64,000 nucleotides of DNA, taken from Antedon mediterranea. Lineage: Eukaryota; Animalia; Echinodermata. This document shows, in pieces, positions 12,101 through 22,610 of the stretch (position 1 is its first letter; every line of letters begins with the position of its first letter). The position numbers and the translations under genes are program-made. Under the pieces are notes generated by a model. That model was not told the origin of the DNA and made no database searches. It was given only the letters and a program-made list of their open reading frames with translations. The DNA lies in assembly GCF_964355755.1 (NCBI RefSeq), contig NC_092673.1:16923648-16987647 (forward strand), read 5' to 3'.

Positions 12101-15100
12101 AGTTGACAACGGAAAGAATTTTGAGTTCCTTGTAGCACTGATGATTCAATTAGGTTTTATTTGTGAGAGGAAGACAACCATCAGCCAAGATGTGGCAAGT
12201 ACATCTACAGTAGGTTTTGTTTCTTTAATCTTTCATTTTATGCATGTAAGATTTGGGATAAAAAGTATTATTTTAATAGTTTGGATGTTTAATGTTCAGA
12301 CAAAGCTTGAATAAACTTTCTAATGAAAATGTCTACATGACAGAGTATCTTTAGTTTGCTTAAAATAGTTTAAATGGCATTGTTACAAATTAACAATTTC
12401 AGAAATCAGTTGGAAAACGATCCTTTTTTGTGCCACTGCGACTTGCTATCAAGACAAGTAAAGTGAGACAATTACCTGATGATTCACAATCTATCAGCAG
12501 GCCTATCTATTATGACTTTGAGGGATATCTGCCAGACGTGTTGTTTCCGTATTTAATTATTGAATTCCTTAACAAATTTCAAAAGGAAGGAGTTAACCCA
12601 ATACTCGCATGTAATTATGCAGAACTTTACCTCGACGAAAATCATCATGTGACTTTGTCTCTTGACAAATTTATTACTAAGAATGATGAGCGAAAGTTCT
12701 TGTTAAAGGTAATATATAATCTCTAATGTTCAATAAATATCACTAAATTATGAAAGTTAAATATTGTTGCTTAGTCTTTCCCTGATCTGTCATGTCAGAA
12801 TCTACTTTAAATGCATATAAAACTAAAACTAAATTCTGATAACAAAACATTACATCTATTTTTACTTTCTAGATGGCTATTAAAAGAACAGATTCTTTTG
12901 ATGAAACGAGTAATGAGGAGCCTTCAGCTGAAGCATGTAAATTGGTATGTATCTATACCAGTTTTGTTATCTATCTATTTGGAGGTAGTTTATGAAAATA
13001 CACGTAGAAAGTTTTCTCCTCAATTTTTTGTCAGGTTTGCTTGATGTCTGAAAATGTCTGCATATTTACAATGTATACTGATTTTAAAAACCAATTACAT
13101 ATTACTTTCCAACATTGCATTGTATAGTATAATAATGAATGTCTATGAGTTGGATGGTAAGAATATTTTATGAGTTGAAAGATTGACTGCACTATTTTTA
13201 ACAAAGCAGAGCCGAAAATAGAGCAATCAATGAATAACATATTCTCTCCATTCAACGAATACAAAATATTCATTATTTATTTTATAACACACCTATTTTT
13301 GATTAAATGTGTCCATCGTAAATCAGTGACGAATGTTAGGTCCGGGAAGCTAGGTCATTTAAAAAGGCGGTGATCCAACTTTGGACACGGAGTAGAACCG
13401 TAAACAGCGTAAACAAATTACATCCATGTTCTCTTTTATTTTTGTAATTGAATTGTAATTAATTTTAATATGTATCTGCCTATTAAAAGATTTATTCCCA
13501 ATCAAGTTTTCAGATTTACACCATAAATCTAAAAACATTGCCTGCCTCACATTACATAAAATTTCTAACTTTGTAAGCTACTGCACCATTGATGCTTTTA
13601 TATTTGTTGATATGATATTTGTTAAATTCAATTAAATTCAAATCAACCTTAAATTTATATCTTTAGGTTTTGTCAACAGTTGAGAAGTCATTCAAGCAAT
13701 CTAAAGATGGTGGTAGAAGAGGGATTCCATTCAAGAGATGCATTCCTTGTCGGTGTAGTGATCAATTAGACAAAAAGCATTTTCAAATTCTTAAAGATTT
13801 CCAATGCAGGAAGTTTACGTGCACAGAAACTGGCAAGTCTGTTACGATGGATGTCACATGTTACAAGCGGCTGTTTGGAGGTAAGAGTCATTAAATTTAT
13901 TTATTTTAATTAAGTACATTTTCATTAATACACTACTTTCTTCATGAAGGACTCTCACTCATAGAGCACAGGAAACTGAAAAACAAAAGGCTATTTCTGT
14001 TCTATAAACAATTTGTGACCTATTTTTGCAAAAAAGTGACATGTTTAAATAATTATAGAATAGAAAAAGAGGATACCTTACCTTATTTGAAAATAGACAT
14101 TTGATAATACTCTTCCAGTAGTAGTACAACAATCATTATTGATAATCTATACATTGTTACAACATGCTGCTATTAGCTGTGATATTTTCATTCCTCTTAA
14201 TACCAGTAGTAGTACAACATAATCATTATTGATAATCTATACATTGTTACAACATGCTGCTATTAGCTGTGATATCTTCATTCCTCGTAATACCAGTAGT
14301 AGTACTATCAGAATCATTATTGATAATCTATACATTGTTACAACATGCTGTTATTAGCTGTTCATTCCTCTTAATACCAGTAGTAGTACTATCAGAATCA
14401 TTATTGATAATCTGTACATTGTTACAACATGCTGTTATTAGCTGTGATATCTTCATTCCTCTTACCAGTAGTAGTACTAGCAGAATCATTATTGATAATC
14501 TATACATTGTTACAACATGCTGCTATTAGCTGTGATATCTTCATTCCTCTTACCAGTAGTAGTACTATCAGAATCATTATTGATAATCTATACATTGTTA
14601 CAACATGCTGCTATTAGCTGTGATATCTTCATTCGTCTTACCAGTAGTAGTACTATCAGAATCATTATTGATAATTTCTACTTTAGAGAATGAATTAAAA
14701 TATTAACAATCTATTTACTAATGTCAAGATATTTAGAATAAAAAAAATGTTAATGTTGGTTCAATATTATAAACCTTTTTTTTTATTTGAGAAGAGTTTA
14801 ATTTGTTGGCTCACTAGGATGCAACACAAGAATATAGGCACAACAAGTAATTTGACCAATGCCCAGTGAAAGATTGGATAAGCTCAGATGAGTTGTGCAT
14901 TGCATCTTGGTGTGCATCCATGAGATACTTTGCTGGACCCAATGGTGTCCACTTACAACTAATATTTTTTATTTTATTTGCAGATGAAACAGAAAGAAAA
15001 AGAAGAAATTCAAATCAAGGTAATTGATTGAAATAAGTAGATAAGTTTTGCAAAATGTTGTACTTTTATGGACTCAATGATATTTAATTATAATAAAGTA

Positions 15101-18100
15101 TTTGCCTTTGTTAATGCTGTGCTGCCCTCAATGACGATTATTTGGATCTCTAGGATGCAACACAAGAACGTAGGCACAACAATAGTAATTTGACCAATGA
15201 CAAGTGAAGGATTGGATAAGCTCAGATGAGCTGTCGCTTGTTGTAGATTACTTGCATGGCCATTTCATCTTTGTGTCTCACATGATTATAGTTATTAAAC
15301 ATGGTATGCAGTGCTCCTCCCCTCCCTTAACAAACACTTAATTGATACTATCAGCTGAATCTGTCATAAGTAGGCACTTTTATAAGCAGATACTTTTCTG
15401 GACCCAATGGTGTCCACTTACAGAAGGTTCAACTGTGTAATATTTTTCATTTTATTTGCAGATGAAATTGGAAAGGGAAGAAAAAGAAGAAAACCAGACC
15501 AAGGTGATTGAAATATTATATATCAGATAAATAGATTATCTAAAAAAAAATTTAAATTGTACCTATGTTTTACTTTTATGGACTCGATGATAATTAACTA
15601 GTATTATAACATGGGTTCAAGGATGTACAGTGGCCAATCAGATGCGCTGAAATGAGTCACATGTGCGCTCTTATTTTTCACTATCATGTACTGAAGTGGA
15701 AAAAGTTCCCAGCAAAAAAGCATAACACCACTGCATGTAAATCATATGGCAGAGTATTACCGATCGTGCTAGGCATTTTCTAGGCTAGGCGGTAATTTGG
15801 TCGGCAAGCAAAGTGGTGATTGCTGCTCCCTAGGCCTTGTCGGTGATTTGGTCGCTGAGCAGAGTGGTGATAATAATTCATAGACCCATGTTGTAAAACA
15901 AATAACGCACAATTCTAAGTTTGTGCGTTACTGGAGATGCAACGCACTCTCTGGTATTAACAATGTTGTGCAACATACACCATTGTAAATACCCTCAAGT
16001 TTGCCGCATCTCCTCCAACGCACAAATTTAGACTTGTGCGTTATTTGTATAATAAATTATTTGTCTTTGTTAATATCAATGAATTTTATTTTAGCATAAG
16101 ATGGGCACCATGATTTATTCAGTGCATACATGTTCTAGAAATGGATATGTGTATATGGCACGTCATTGTGAGAGTCTAACAAATACGCAGAGTATTTATA
16201 TTATAATATCATGGACTAATATAAAGCTCTGTATGTTGTGAAACCTCTCAAAGCGCTGATCATACAGTAGAAACTGAGGAAAAAAACTAAACCCAAACCT
16301 AAGTATGTGATATGCCCTTGCAATGTGTGACTTGGCCCGTCATCCCCGACTCGAGTGCTTCCTACCCTAGTAAACAGAATATAACTATAGCAAGATATCA
16401 AATTTATATTCATGAAAGTGTTTTGGTATTGCGACTCGTAAACAAGCTTAAACTTGGTAAATCACCAGGTCAAGATGGTATAACTTCTACTATGCTCAAG
16501 ATAACTGCTACATTTATTGCTGAGCCGCTTTAAAAATTGTTTAATTTATCCCTCTCAACCGGTAACATTCTCAATGACTGGATGAAGGCCAACGTGATTC
16601 CTTTCCATAAATGAAATTGGTATAGACAATTTTAAGTAGCAAATTTATGTTAGTGGCGGTTTTCATCACTGTTGGTTTTGATCGAATAAAAAATAAAATG
16701 ATGAAAGAAATAACAGAATGTGATGATGATCTAAAACACTTTAATAGTTTAAAAAAATACATTGCTGCCTTTATTATAACAATTAAACATGTGATAATGT
16801 GCTGTATTGCTGGCAATGTAGAATTTGTATAGCATCCATTGAATTCATTATTGTATATTTTATTTGTTACAGATGATGTGGGGACAAGTTCAAATCAAGG
16901 TATGTTATATTAGGCCTATGTGTCACTAATGTTAATGTGATGTGCCCACATATGGACATGATGATGTCATATCACTACCATATTTGGGCATATCACTCAT
17001 ATTTGGGCACAGCACACTTTTTTTGTCAAACAAGTTTGATAGTGTAAACAGAGTTTTAGTAATGCACTACTTTCTTAATGATCAAATCTCGATCATCCAG
17101 TGTAAAAGTGCCATGTATATAAACAAATCCTAACATACTTTAAACATATACTTCTCATTTTTATTATTTTTAGGCAGCAGTGATGAGGATGAAAGAGAAG
17201 GAACATCACAGAGCCACCAACAAAGTGAAGGTAAGATACTAGTACTGTAGAAAAAGATATAGTTTTCAAAACACTCTAAAAACCCATCTTTTTTCTTTGT
17301 AATTTCTTTCTGTTTTTTCTCTCAGCGCTTTGGGACAATCTTTTGATTGTATAAGCGCTTTATAAATCGAACAACACACACACACATAATGATGATGAAC
17401 AAGATGATAATAATTTGAAATTTAAGTTGGTGATAATGATCATAATATATTCTCTATATTTAGGATCATACAATGAACACAAAGAATATAACGTGGATTA
17501 TTACGATAAAAATAAAACTAGATTTGAACTTTTTTCATTATTGACCTCAATTACTGTTCAATTTGTATAATTTGATTTTACATATTGTTGATATTCTATA
17601 CTGATAATTAAATAAATTAAATTTATTTTGATGTCAAATGAATGTCCTGTAATTTTATTTGCAGACAATTTCCGAGACCTAAAAGCTGGTCTCAGTAGGT
17701 GCTTTGATGGTGAAAGATACTGTTGGCTGAGATTCCTACTATTTGATAAGTTGGATGTCAGTGACATTACAAATAAAGATTTCAATGGAAATGACCTACT
17801 CAATGCACTTGAAGTTAAAGGTTTAATCTCACCAACCAATGTTAATTTGCTGTTAGAGATTACAAATACATCTGAAATAGCACAGGCCAAAGATCTTGTA
17901 TCAAAGTATATGACAGACAACAGCGTTCTGAATAGACATACTGATAGAACCAAGTTGTCATCTTACAGAAAGCGACTGTTTAAGGCCCTGAAACAAGTTG
18001 ACCCAGAAGCATTCCAAAGAATTATTTCAAACTATGAATTGAGAATACATAGCTTCTCAAATGTTTGGAATGCCGTTCTCCATCTAGAGAAAGAGGAAGA

Positions 18101-20215
18101 ATTAGCAGATGATCCAAACAAAATAAATAGGTTTGCAGATCGTCTCGGCACAATAGCAAAAAAAAAATTACTTGGTAAAAATATGTATTTTATTTTGTAT
18201 TCATTTTGTAAACAATTTACGTAATTGTAATTTGATTAAAATGAAATATTTGGTTTAATTGTAAAAAAAAAAAAGGTAAAGTCGAAACCTAAGCTAATGC
18301 TAACGGCCGTGGTGCCCATCTCCATTTCCATAGCGTTTGGGCCAGACTCCACTAAGTGTGTATGTTTGTGTGGGGTACGCCACTCCTCCCGCACAAACGA
18401 GTCTGATTTACCTTCCCAGTACTTTTTACATACCGGTACCCATTTCTATCACCTGGGTGGGGAGGAACAATGTGGATAAAGAATCTTGCTCAAGGACTCA
18501 ACACTGCAGTGACCGAGCCGGGGCTTGAACCGACAACCTCTTGATTGCAAGTCCAATGCTCTAACCACAGTGCTCCACTATTAATTGTAATCATAAAAGT
18601 TTTACCTGATTATTTACAGACGATAGTGGGAAAGAATGAGACAGCATCATAAACCAAGTGAAGGTAAATTATTAATTAAGTATTATACAAAATTGGGAGA
18701 TAAACATAAAAATGAAGATCATATATGATTATAATATGATTAAGATGATAATGACATAGAAGTTGGTGATATTGAGGATATTACTCAAAAATTTAGGATT
18801 TATAAAACAAAGAATATACTGTAACTTATTATAGGAATAAAATAATTAGAGTGAGTAGTTTTTTTGTAGTTGTTTCTAAAAGCTGATTATAGATATAGAA
18901 AATTGTTGAATTTAATTTATATGAATTATGATTTCAACAAATTTATTTACTTAAAATTGAAAATGATTTTGTGGTTTTTCAAGAATTTGTATTCATAATC
19001 TTAAAACATTAATTATGATAAGAATGTTATCTACTGAATTTATTACATGAAATTTGAAATGATTTTGTGGCATTCCATGAATTATCATACTGTAAGTAAT
19101 CATATTCAGATAATGATTATGATTTCAACAATGATTATGATCAATTATTATTCTTATATTATTATTATACTGAATTTATTACATTGGAAAATATTGTGGT
19201 GTTTTATGAATTTATATTCATTATTCATAATCTTAAAAAAGCAATTACAACTAGATTTAAACTCGTCACTTTGGACAAGTTTGGTTATCCGCCCGCAACA
19301 AAACGTATCTTGCGCATCAAGTACTTTTATGACTTTTCCAAAAAGTAGCCCATTCAGAATTAAAACTGCCCTTTCAGTGTAATAACAAAATAAATCCTTT
19401 TATTTGATTGTTTTCTCGTGATTCATTTTAAAATTTCAAACGCCGTTTACGCGCGCCCTTTCTAATGTTACAAATTTCGGTAGCTATAAAACAGTTAAAA
19501 ATTGATGTGAAGCAAACATGGCTGAAAATTACGTTAAAAAATATTCATTTATTTCAAAGTTATAACCAATTTAAGATTTTCAGAAAATCGCGCTTAACTT
19601 ACGCTGCGCGGCTCTGACAGCGTCCAAAAGCTTGGCTGCACAACTTCAGTTAAATGTCTAAATGCTGAACAAGTTTATACAACATATTATGTATAAGAGA
19701 AACAACGTGTACAAAATAAGAAGAATAAAACATTTCAAACGCCGTTTACGCGCGCACTTTCTAATGTTACAAATTTCGGTAGCGATACAAAAAGTTAGCA
19801 ATTGATGTGAAGCAAACGTGGCTGAAAGTTACGTTAAAAAATGTTTATCGGTTTCGAAGTTATGACCGATTTAAGATTTTCAGAAAATCGCGCGTGACTT
19901 GCGCTACGCGGATCTGACATCGTCAAAAAGTTTGACTGCACATCTTCAGTTAAATGTCTATAATGTTGACCAAGTTACAGCATCATGTTGAAGAGAAAAA
20001 GCCTGCACAAAATCTGAGAAAGAAAGAAGAATAATAAAAAAAAAAAGTAACACTACAATAACAAATGCTTATCCGCTTGAGGCGGATAACCAATTTCCAC
20101 AATAATCATGATACCATGATAACTAAATTTATTGATACTATTTTTCATTCGTATAGATCTCTCAGAGGATGATGATGAAGACTTAAGTCACAGACTTAGC
20201 CCAATGATGCAATAA
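100..20215 (+). CDS. Spliced ROCO-family gene, 5' end upstream of window: Roc GTPase - COR - Cys/His motif - linker micro-exons - tandem DED
   Basis: Exons read by hand: 100-185, 519-583, 8277-8361, 9228-9385, 10006-10095, 10222-10401, 10554-10811, 11131-11325, 12015-12209, 12403-12708, 12873-12944, 13667-13880, 14984-15019, 15462-15503, 16873-16899, 17174-17230, 17665-18174, 18620-18663, 20157-20215. All are AG/GT bounded, with matching phases and an open frame to TGA at 18637-18639. Roc motifs TDGI, IWDHGGQ..YHGLH, YIVVFDLS, PTILIVGTH, FAIEN; COR motifs PLKW and LNYLYDIGEIVY..VVLDP. Confidence 0.9.
519..583 (+). CDS. ROCO exon, Roc insertion (NTIQQYTKMVTDKLRKKKTVN)
   Basis: Polypyrimidine tract plus ctacag acceptor, gtatgt donor, phase 1 to 0. 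Confidence 0.7.
758..1030. mobile_element. Small MITE-like element with about 40-bp inverted ends
   Basis: aacttcaaaacatagggagagagattgatctta ... taagatcaatctctctccctctgttttgaagtt. Confidence 0.55.
2614..2650 (-). ncRNA. Second hammerhead motif copy (core C3->A)
   Basis: Reverse complement reads gca ATGATGA a gggc tagtgtt gccc GAAA gc TC tgc. Confidence 0.6.
2800..2925 (+). mobile_element. Short Helentron/HINE-like element inside the PLE 3' region
   Basis: (gacc/gaca)n microsatellite followed by tatagagtcgcg tcca cgcgact aaaaa terminal hairpin; related copy at about 62857-62958. Confidence 0.6.
2960..3556 (-). pseudogene. GIY-YIG endonuclease region of the Penelope-like element
   Basis: VIY..C..C..QYVGET...R..QH...PVAEHFN motif. 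Confidence 0.9.
5018..5054 (+). ncRNA. Minimal type I hammerhead ribozyme motif (Penelope pLTR)
   Basis: gca CTGATGA a gggc tagtgtt gcgc GAAA gc TC tgc: both core boxes, short stem I and palindromic AGCT at helix III; one mismatch in helix II. Confidence 0.7.
6570..7985. repeat. 15-bp tandem array (ggtagttgtcc-N4)
   Basis: Directly visible; produces the spurious GGSCP / AVVVR / LPPGQ ORFs. Confidence 0.95.
8277..8361 (+). CDS. ROCO exon, acidic poly-Asp insertion (IDMKPLTDDDDDDEDG)
   Basis: tgtcag acceptor, gtatgt donor, phase 0 to 1; fits both neighbouring exons. Confidence 0.7.
9228..9385 (+). CDS. ROCO exon with Roc G3 motif (FNIWDHGGQLIYHGLHR)
   Basis: Matches the WDFAGQxxYxxxH Roc consensus; gtaagt donor. 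Confidence 0.9.
9583..9910. mobile_element. Kolobok-like MITE (TTAA flanks); second copy at 39932-40162
   Basis: atgtattgtcccc ... ggggacaatacatct between TTAA sites; internal sequence shared with the second copy. Confidence 0.6.
10006..10095 (+). CDS. ROCO exon (MFMTLQALYIVVFDLSKPLDD)
   Basis: Matches the Roc FL...A.Y.VVFDLS strand; canonical splice sites. Confidence 0.9.
10222..10401 (+). CDS. ROCO exon with Roc G4 motif (PTILIVGTHKG)
   Basis: 180 nt, phase 0/0; matches PxIxVGTHxD consensus except D->G. Confidence 0.9.
10554..10811 (+). CDS. ROCO exon: Roc G5 (YFAIENS) and start of COR (PLKW)
   Basis: 258 nt, phase 0/0; overlaps ORF 10563-10844. Confidence 0.88.
11131..11325 (+). CDS. 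ROCO exon: COR-A (LLNYLYDIGEIVYMPDNKLLRDKVVLDPMRLVEIV)
   Basis: COR signature LxxLHxxGxIxY...VxLDPxWL; canonical splice sites. Confidence 0.9.
11625..11897. mobile_element. piggyBac-like MITE
   Basis: TTAA|cccttttactgcgtgta ... tacgcacagtgaaaggg|TTAA. Confidence 0.8.
12015..12209 (+). CDS. ROCO exon: COR (KGILEEDLLRKLWK..LVALMIQLGFIC)
   Basis: COR motif GxL...LW...LM..F; 195 nt, phase 0/0. Confidence 0.88.
12403..12708 (+). CDS. ROCO exon: COR-B (FFVPLRL..YYDFEGYLPDVLFPYLI)
   Basis: COR motifs YxVPxxL and F...LP..LF..L; 306 nt. Confidence 0.88.
12873..12944 (+). CDS. ROCO exon (MAIKRTDSFDETSNEEPSAEACKL)
   Basis: 72 nt, phase 0/0, ttctag acceptor and gtatgt donor. Confidence 0.75.
13667..13880 (+). 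CDS. ROCO exon: end of COR with CxC..H..C cluster
   Basis: CIPCRC..KKH..C..C; ctttag acceptor and gtaaga donor. Confidence 0.8.
14105..14675. repeat. Intronic minisatellite, unit about 85 bp
   Basis: Repeated aatcattattgataatctatacattgttacaacatgctg. Confidence 0.9.
14984..17230 (+). CDS. Four phase-1 linker micro-exons (14984-15019, 15462-15503, 16873-16899, 17174-17230)
   Basis: 36, 42, 27 and 57 nt, all multiples of 3: DETERKRRNSNQ, DEIGKGRKRRKPDQ, DDVGTSSNQ, SSDEDEREGTSQSHQQSE. Confidence 0.7.
15607..16050. mobile_element. Non-autonomous element with two successive inverted-repeat pairs
   Basis: aacatgggt...acccatgtt, then acaaataacgcacaa...ttgtgcgttatttgt (15898-16048). Confidence 0.5.
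16400..16612 (+). mobile_element. CR1/L2-clade LINE ORF2 fragment
   Basis: LKLGKSPGQDGI..MLK..IAEPL*KLFNLSLSTG..DWMKANVIPFHK. Confidence 0.85.
17665..18174 (+). CDS. ROCO exon encoding tandem death-effector-like domains
   Basis: 510 nt, phase 1/1. DED1 FRDLK..LRFLL..DLLNALEVKGLISPTNVNLLLEI..DLVSKY; DED2 LSSYRKRLFKALKQV..LEKEEEL. Resembles caspase-8/FADD-type DEDs. Confidence 0.8.
18263..18580 (-). mobile_element. tRNA-derived SINE
   Basis: Minus strand reads a tRNA-like head (gtggttagagcattggacttgcaatcaagaggttgtcggttcaagcc), then a ccttgagcaag..cacccaggtg..aatgggtaccgg core. Confidence 0.75.
19249..20092 (+). mobile_element. Helentron/HINE-like element with internal duplication of about 300 bp
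   Basis: Starts aactagat; 19433-19732 is repeated at 19733-20030; ends in hairpin ttatccgc ttgag gcggataa. Confidence 0.55.
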
Positions 20216-20557
20216 ACATGGACAAATTTATACAAATGTTAGACGACGTTAAAGTGTTGAAAACTGGTACCAGTACAATCGATTTTATCTGCGAATTAAA
20301 TAGCGATTGGGTTGCGATGTAATGTTAGCGTGTCATACCTCAATGTACAATTGCATAGATATCCTGGTATCCCAGGATTAAAACACACTAGTTATTGTCT
20401 GTGGTGTTCTCTTTCCACAAAAAATTATCTGTCCCCTTATAATAGGATTAAATCAACCATTTGGCACTCTCAAACGTGTCCCTGTCCCTTTAATAGGGTT
20501 GTCCCCTGGAGGAGTTGGCTGTAGAGTTAAAACATATTTCCCCTCGTTTTATGAGGA

Positions 20558-20862
20558 AATGTCCCCTGAATGGGGGTGTCCTAAAGAAGGGTTTACTCCA
20601 GTAGTAAAGAGGAGGGGTGTGTCCCCTGAATGGGGGTGTACTAAACAAGGGGTTTACTCCAGTAGTAAAGAGGAGGGGTGTGTCCCCTGAATGGGGGTGT
20701 ACTAAACAAGGGGTTTACTCCAGTAGTAAAGAGGAGGGGTGTGTTCCCTGAATGGGGGTGCACTAAACAAGGGGTTTACTCCAGTAGTAAAGAGGAGGGG
20801 TGTGTCCCCTGAATGGGGGTGTACTAAAGAAGGGGTTTACTCCAGTAGTAAAGAGGAGGGGT
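20558..20862. repeat. 60-61 bp tandem repeat, about 5 copies
   Basis: gtcccctgaatgggggtgtactaaacaaggggtttactccagtagtaaagaggagggg. Confidence 0.9.
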
Positions 20863-22610
20863 TCTACTGTTGAAAGATTTATTATAAGATTTCAGTGTAC
20901 TAAATGGTACATGAATGTTAGCAACAAAAAAAAGATGACAAAACAAAATAACAATACTGGAATATTACAAAAAATAACAGTAGGCCTAATGGTGTCCCTT
21001 CCTTTAATAAGTACATGCGAAAATCAACCTATGGTTTCATGCAACGTATGTTGAATAGTGGTAACATCCTTGTTGCTTGTGTTTGCAAACATATGCTCCA
21101 AAACTCCAAAATGTATTGTAGATGGAGAAGCATTCTATATACTAAAGTTTAGAGTTTACGATTTTTCTTTTTATAAGTTTATTAATATGGGTGATATTTC
21201 CGAAATAAAAAGAAATTGATAATTGAAAACCAAAAAAAATGTCATCATGTGACCTAAAAATATACATGTGGGTATAAAACATTCCTACTGTTCCTCAGGC
21301 ATTACCTATTGCTATATTTCTGTTTTTATATTTTGGCAAAAATCAAATGACATTTTTTTAATAAGAATTGATTTAAGTAAGAAGAATATGTGTTACTCCA
21401 GACCTCAATGCCATAAACAAATAAATAATAATTTTTTTTTTCTTATATTTTGGGCATAAACTATCAATATTATTTTTCCATGAAAGAAATTTATCAAATT
21501 TTACTCCAACAAACAAGACTTCATCTACTTCATTGATTACATTCTCTCCAATATACAGACATCCAATTTTTTTTAAATGTTTCTTCTGTTTTGAAAAATA
21601 ATCCAAAGGTCAAAGTCACAATCCACTCTTGATTCCCTCTTTTATAAAAAACATTTGTAAAAAAAAAAGTAGTTCAAGGAATGCAGCCTTGCTTGTCAAA
21701 TGAAACGACAACATTGATTTCAAGATTTTTGTCAAATACAGTCAGCTTTCTTAAAACAGAACTTTACAAATTTCAATTTTGTTACCGTTTCAAATTCTAT
21801 TATTGATTTTATAAAAAGATTAAAAAGAAAATTAGACTTTTAGTTTCCTCAAGGAAATTGAGTAATTGTGTATTAAAAAGACCAAAGAAATCATGAAATA
21901 AAGTAGGTAATGCCGTAGTAGACAGTTGTCATCATATTGAAGCTGTAACTCAGTTGTCAATTGTGTACTCAATGCTGTAGTAGACAGTTGTCAACATATA
22001 GAAGCTGTAACTCAGTTGTCAATTGTGTACTCAATGCTGTAGTAGACAGTTGTCATCATATTGAAGCTGTAACTCAGTTGTCAATTGTGTACTCAATGCT
22101 GTAGTAGATAGTTGTCAACATATTGAAGCTGTAACTCAGTTGTTAATTGTGTACTCAATGCTGTAGTAGACAGTTGTCAACATATTGAAGCTGTAACTCA
22201 GTTGTCAATTGTGTACTCAATGCTGTAGTAGATAGTTGTCAACATATTGAAGCTGTAACTCAGTTGTCAATTGTGTACTCAATGCTGTAGTAGATAGTTG
22301 TCATCATATTGAAGCTGTAACTCAGTTGTCAATTGTGTACTCAATGCTGTAGTAGATAGTTGTCAACATATTGAAGCTGTAACTCAGTTGTCAATTGTGT
22401 ACTCAATGCTGTAGTAGATAGTTGTCAACATATTGAAGCTGTAACTCAGTTGTCAATTGTGTACTCAATGCTGTAGTAGACAGTTGTTAACATATTGGAA
22501 GCTGTAACTCAGTTGTCAATTGTCTACTCAATGCTGTAGTAGACAGTTGTAAACATATTGAAGTTGTAACTCAGTTGTCAATTGTCTACTCAATGCTGTA
22601 GTAGACAGTT

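Noticed and set aside
18500-18580. tRNA gene
   Set aside because: The tRNA-like head continues into a SINE core and lacks a full cloverleaf.
100-20215. Assigning LRRK2, DAPK1 or MFHAS1 as gene symbol
   Set aside because: No kinase or LRR is visible and the C-terminus differs; orthology cannot be supported.
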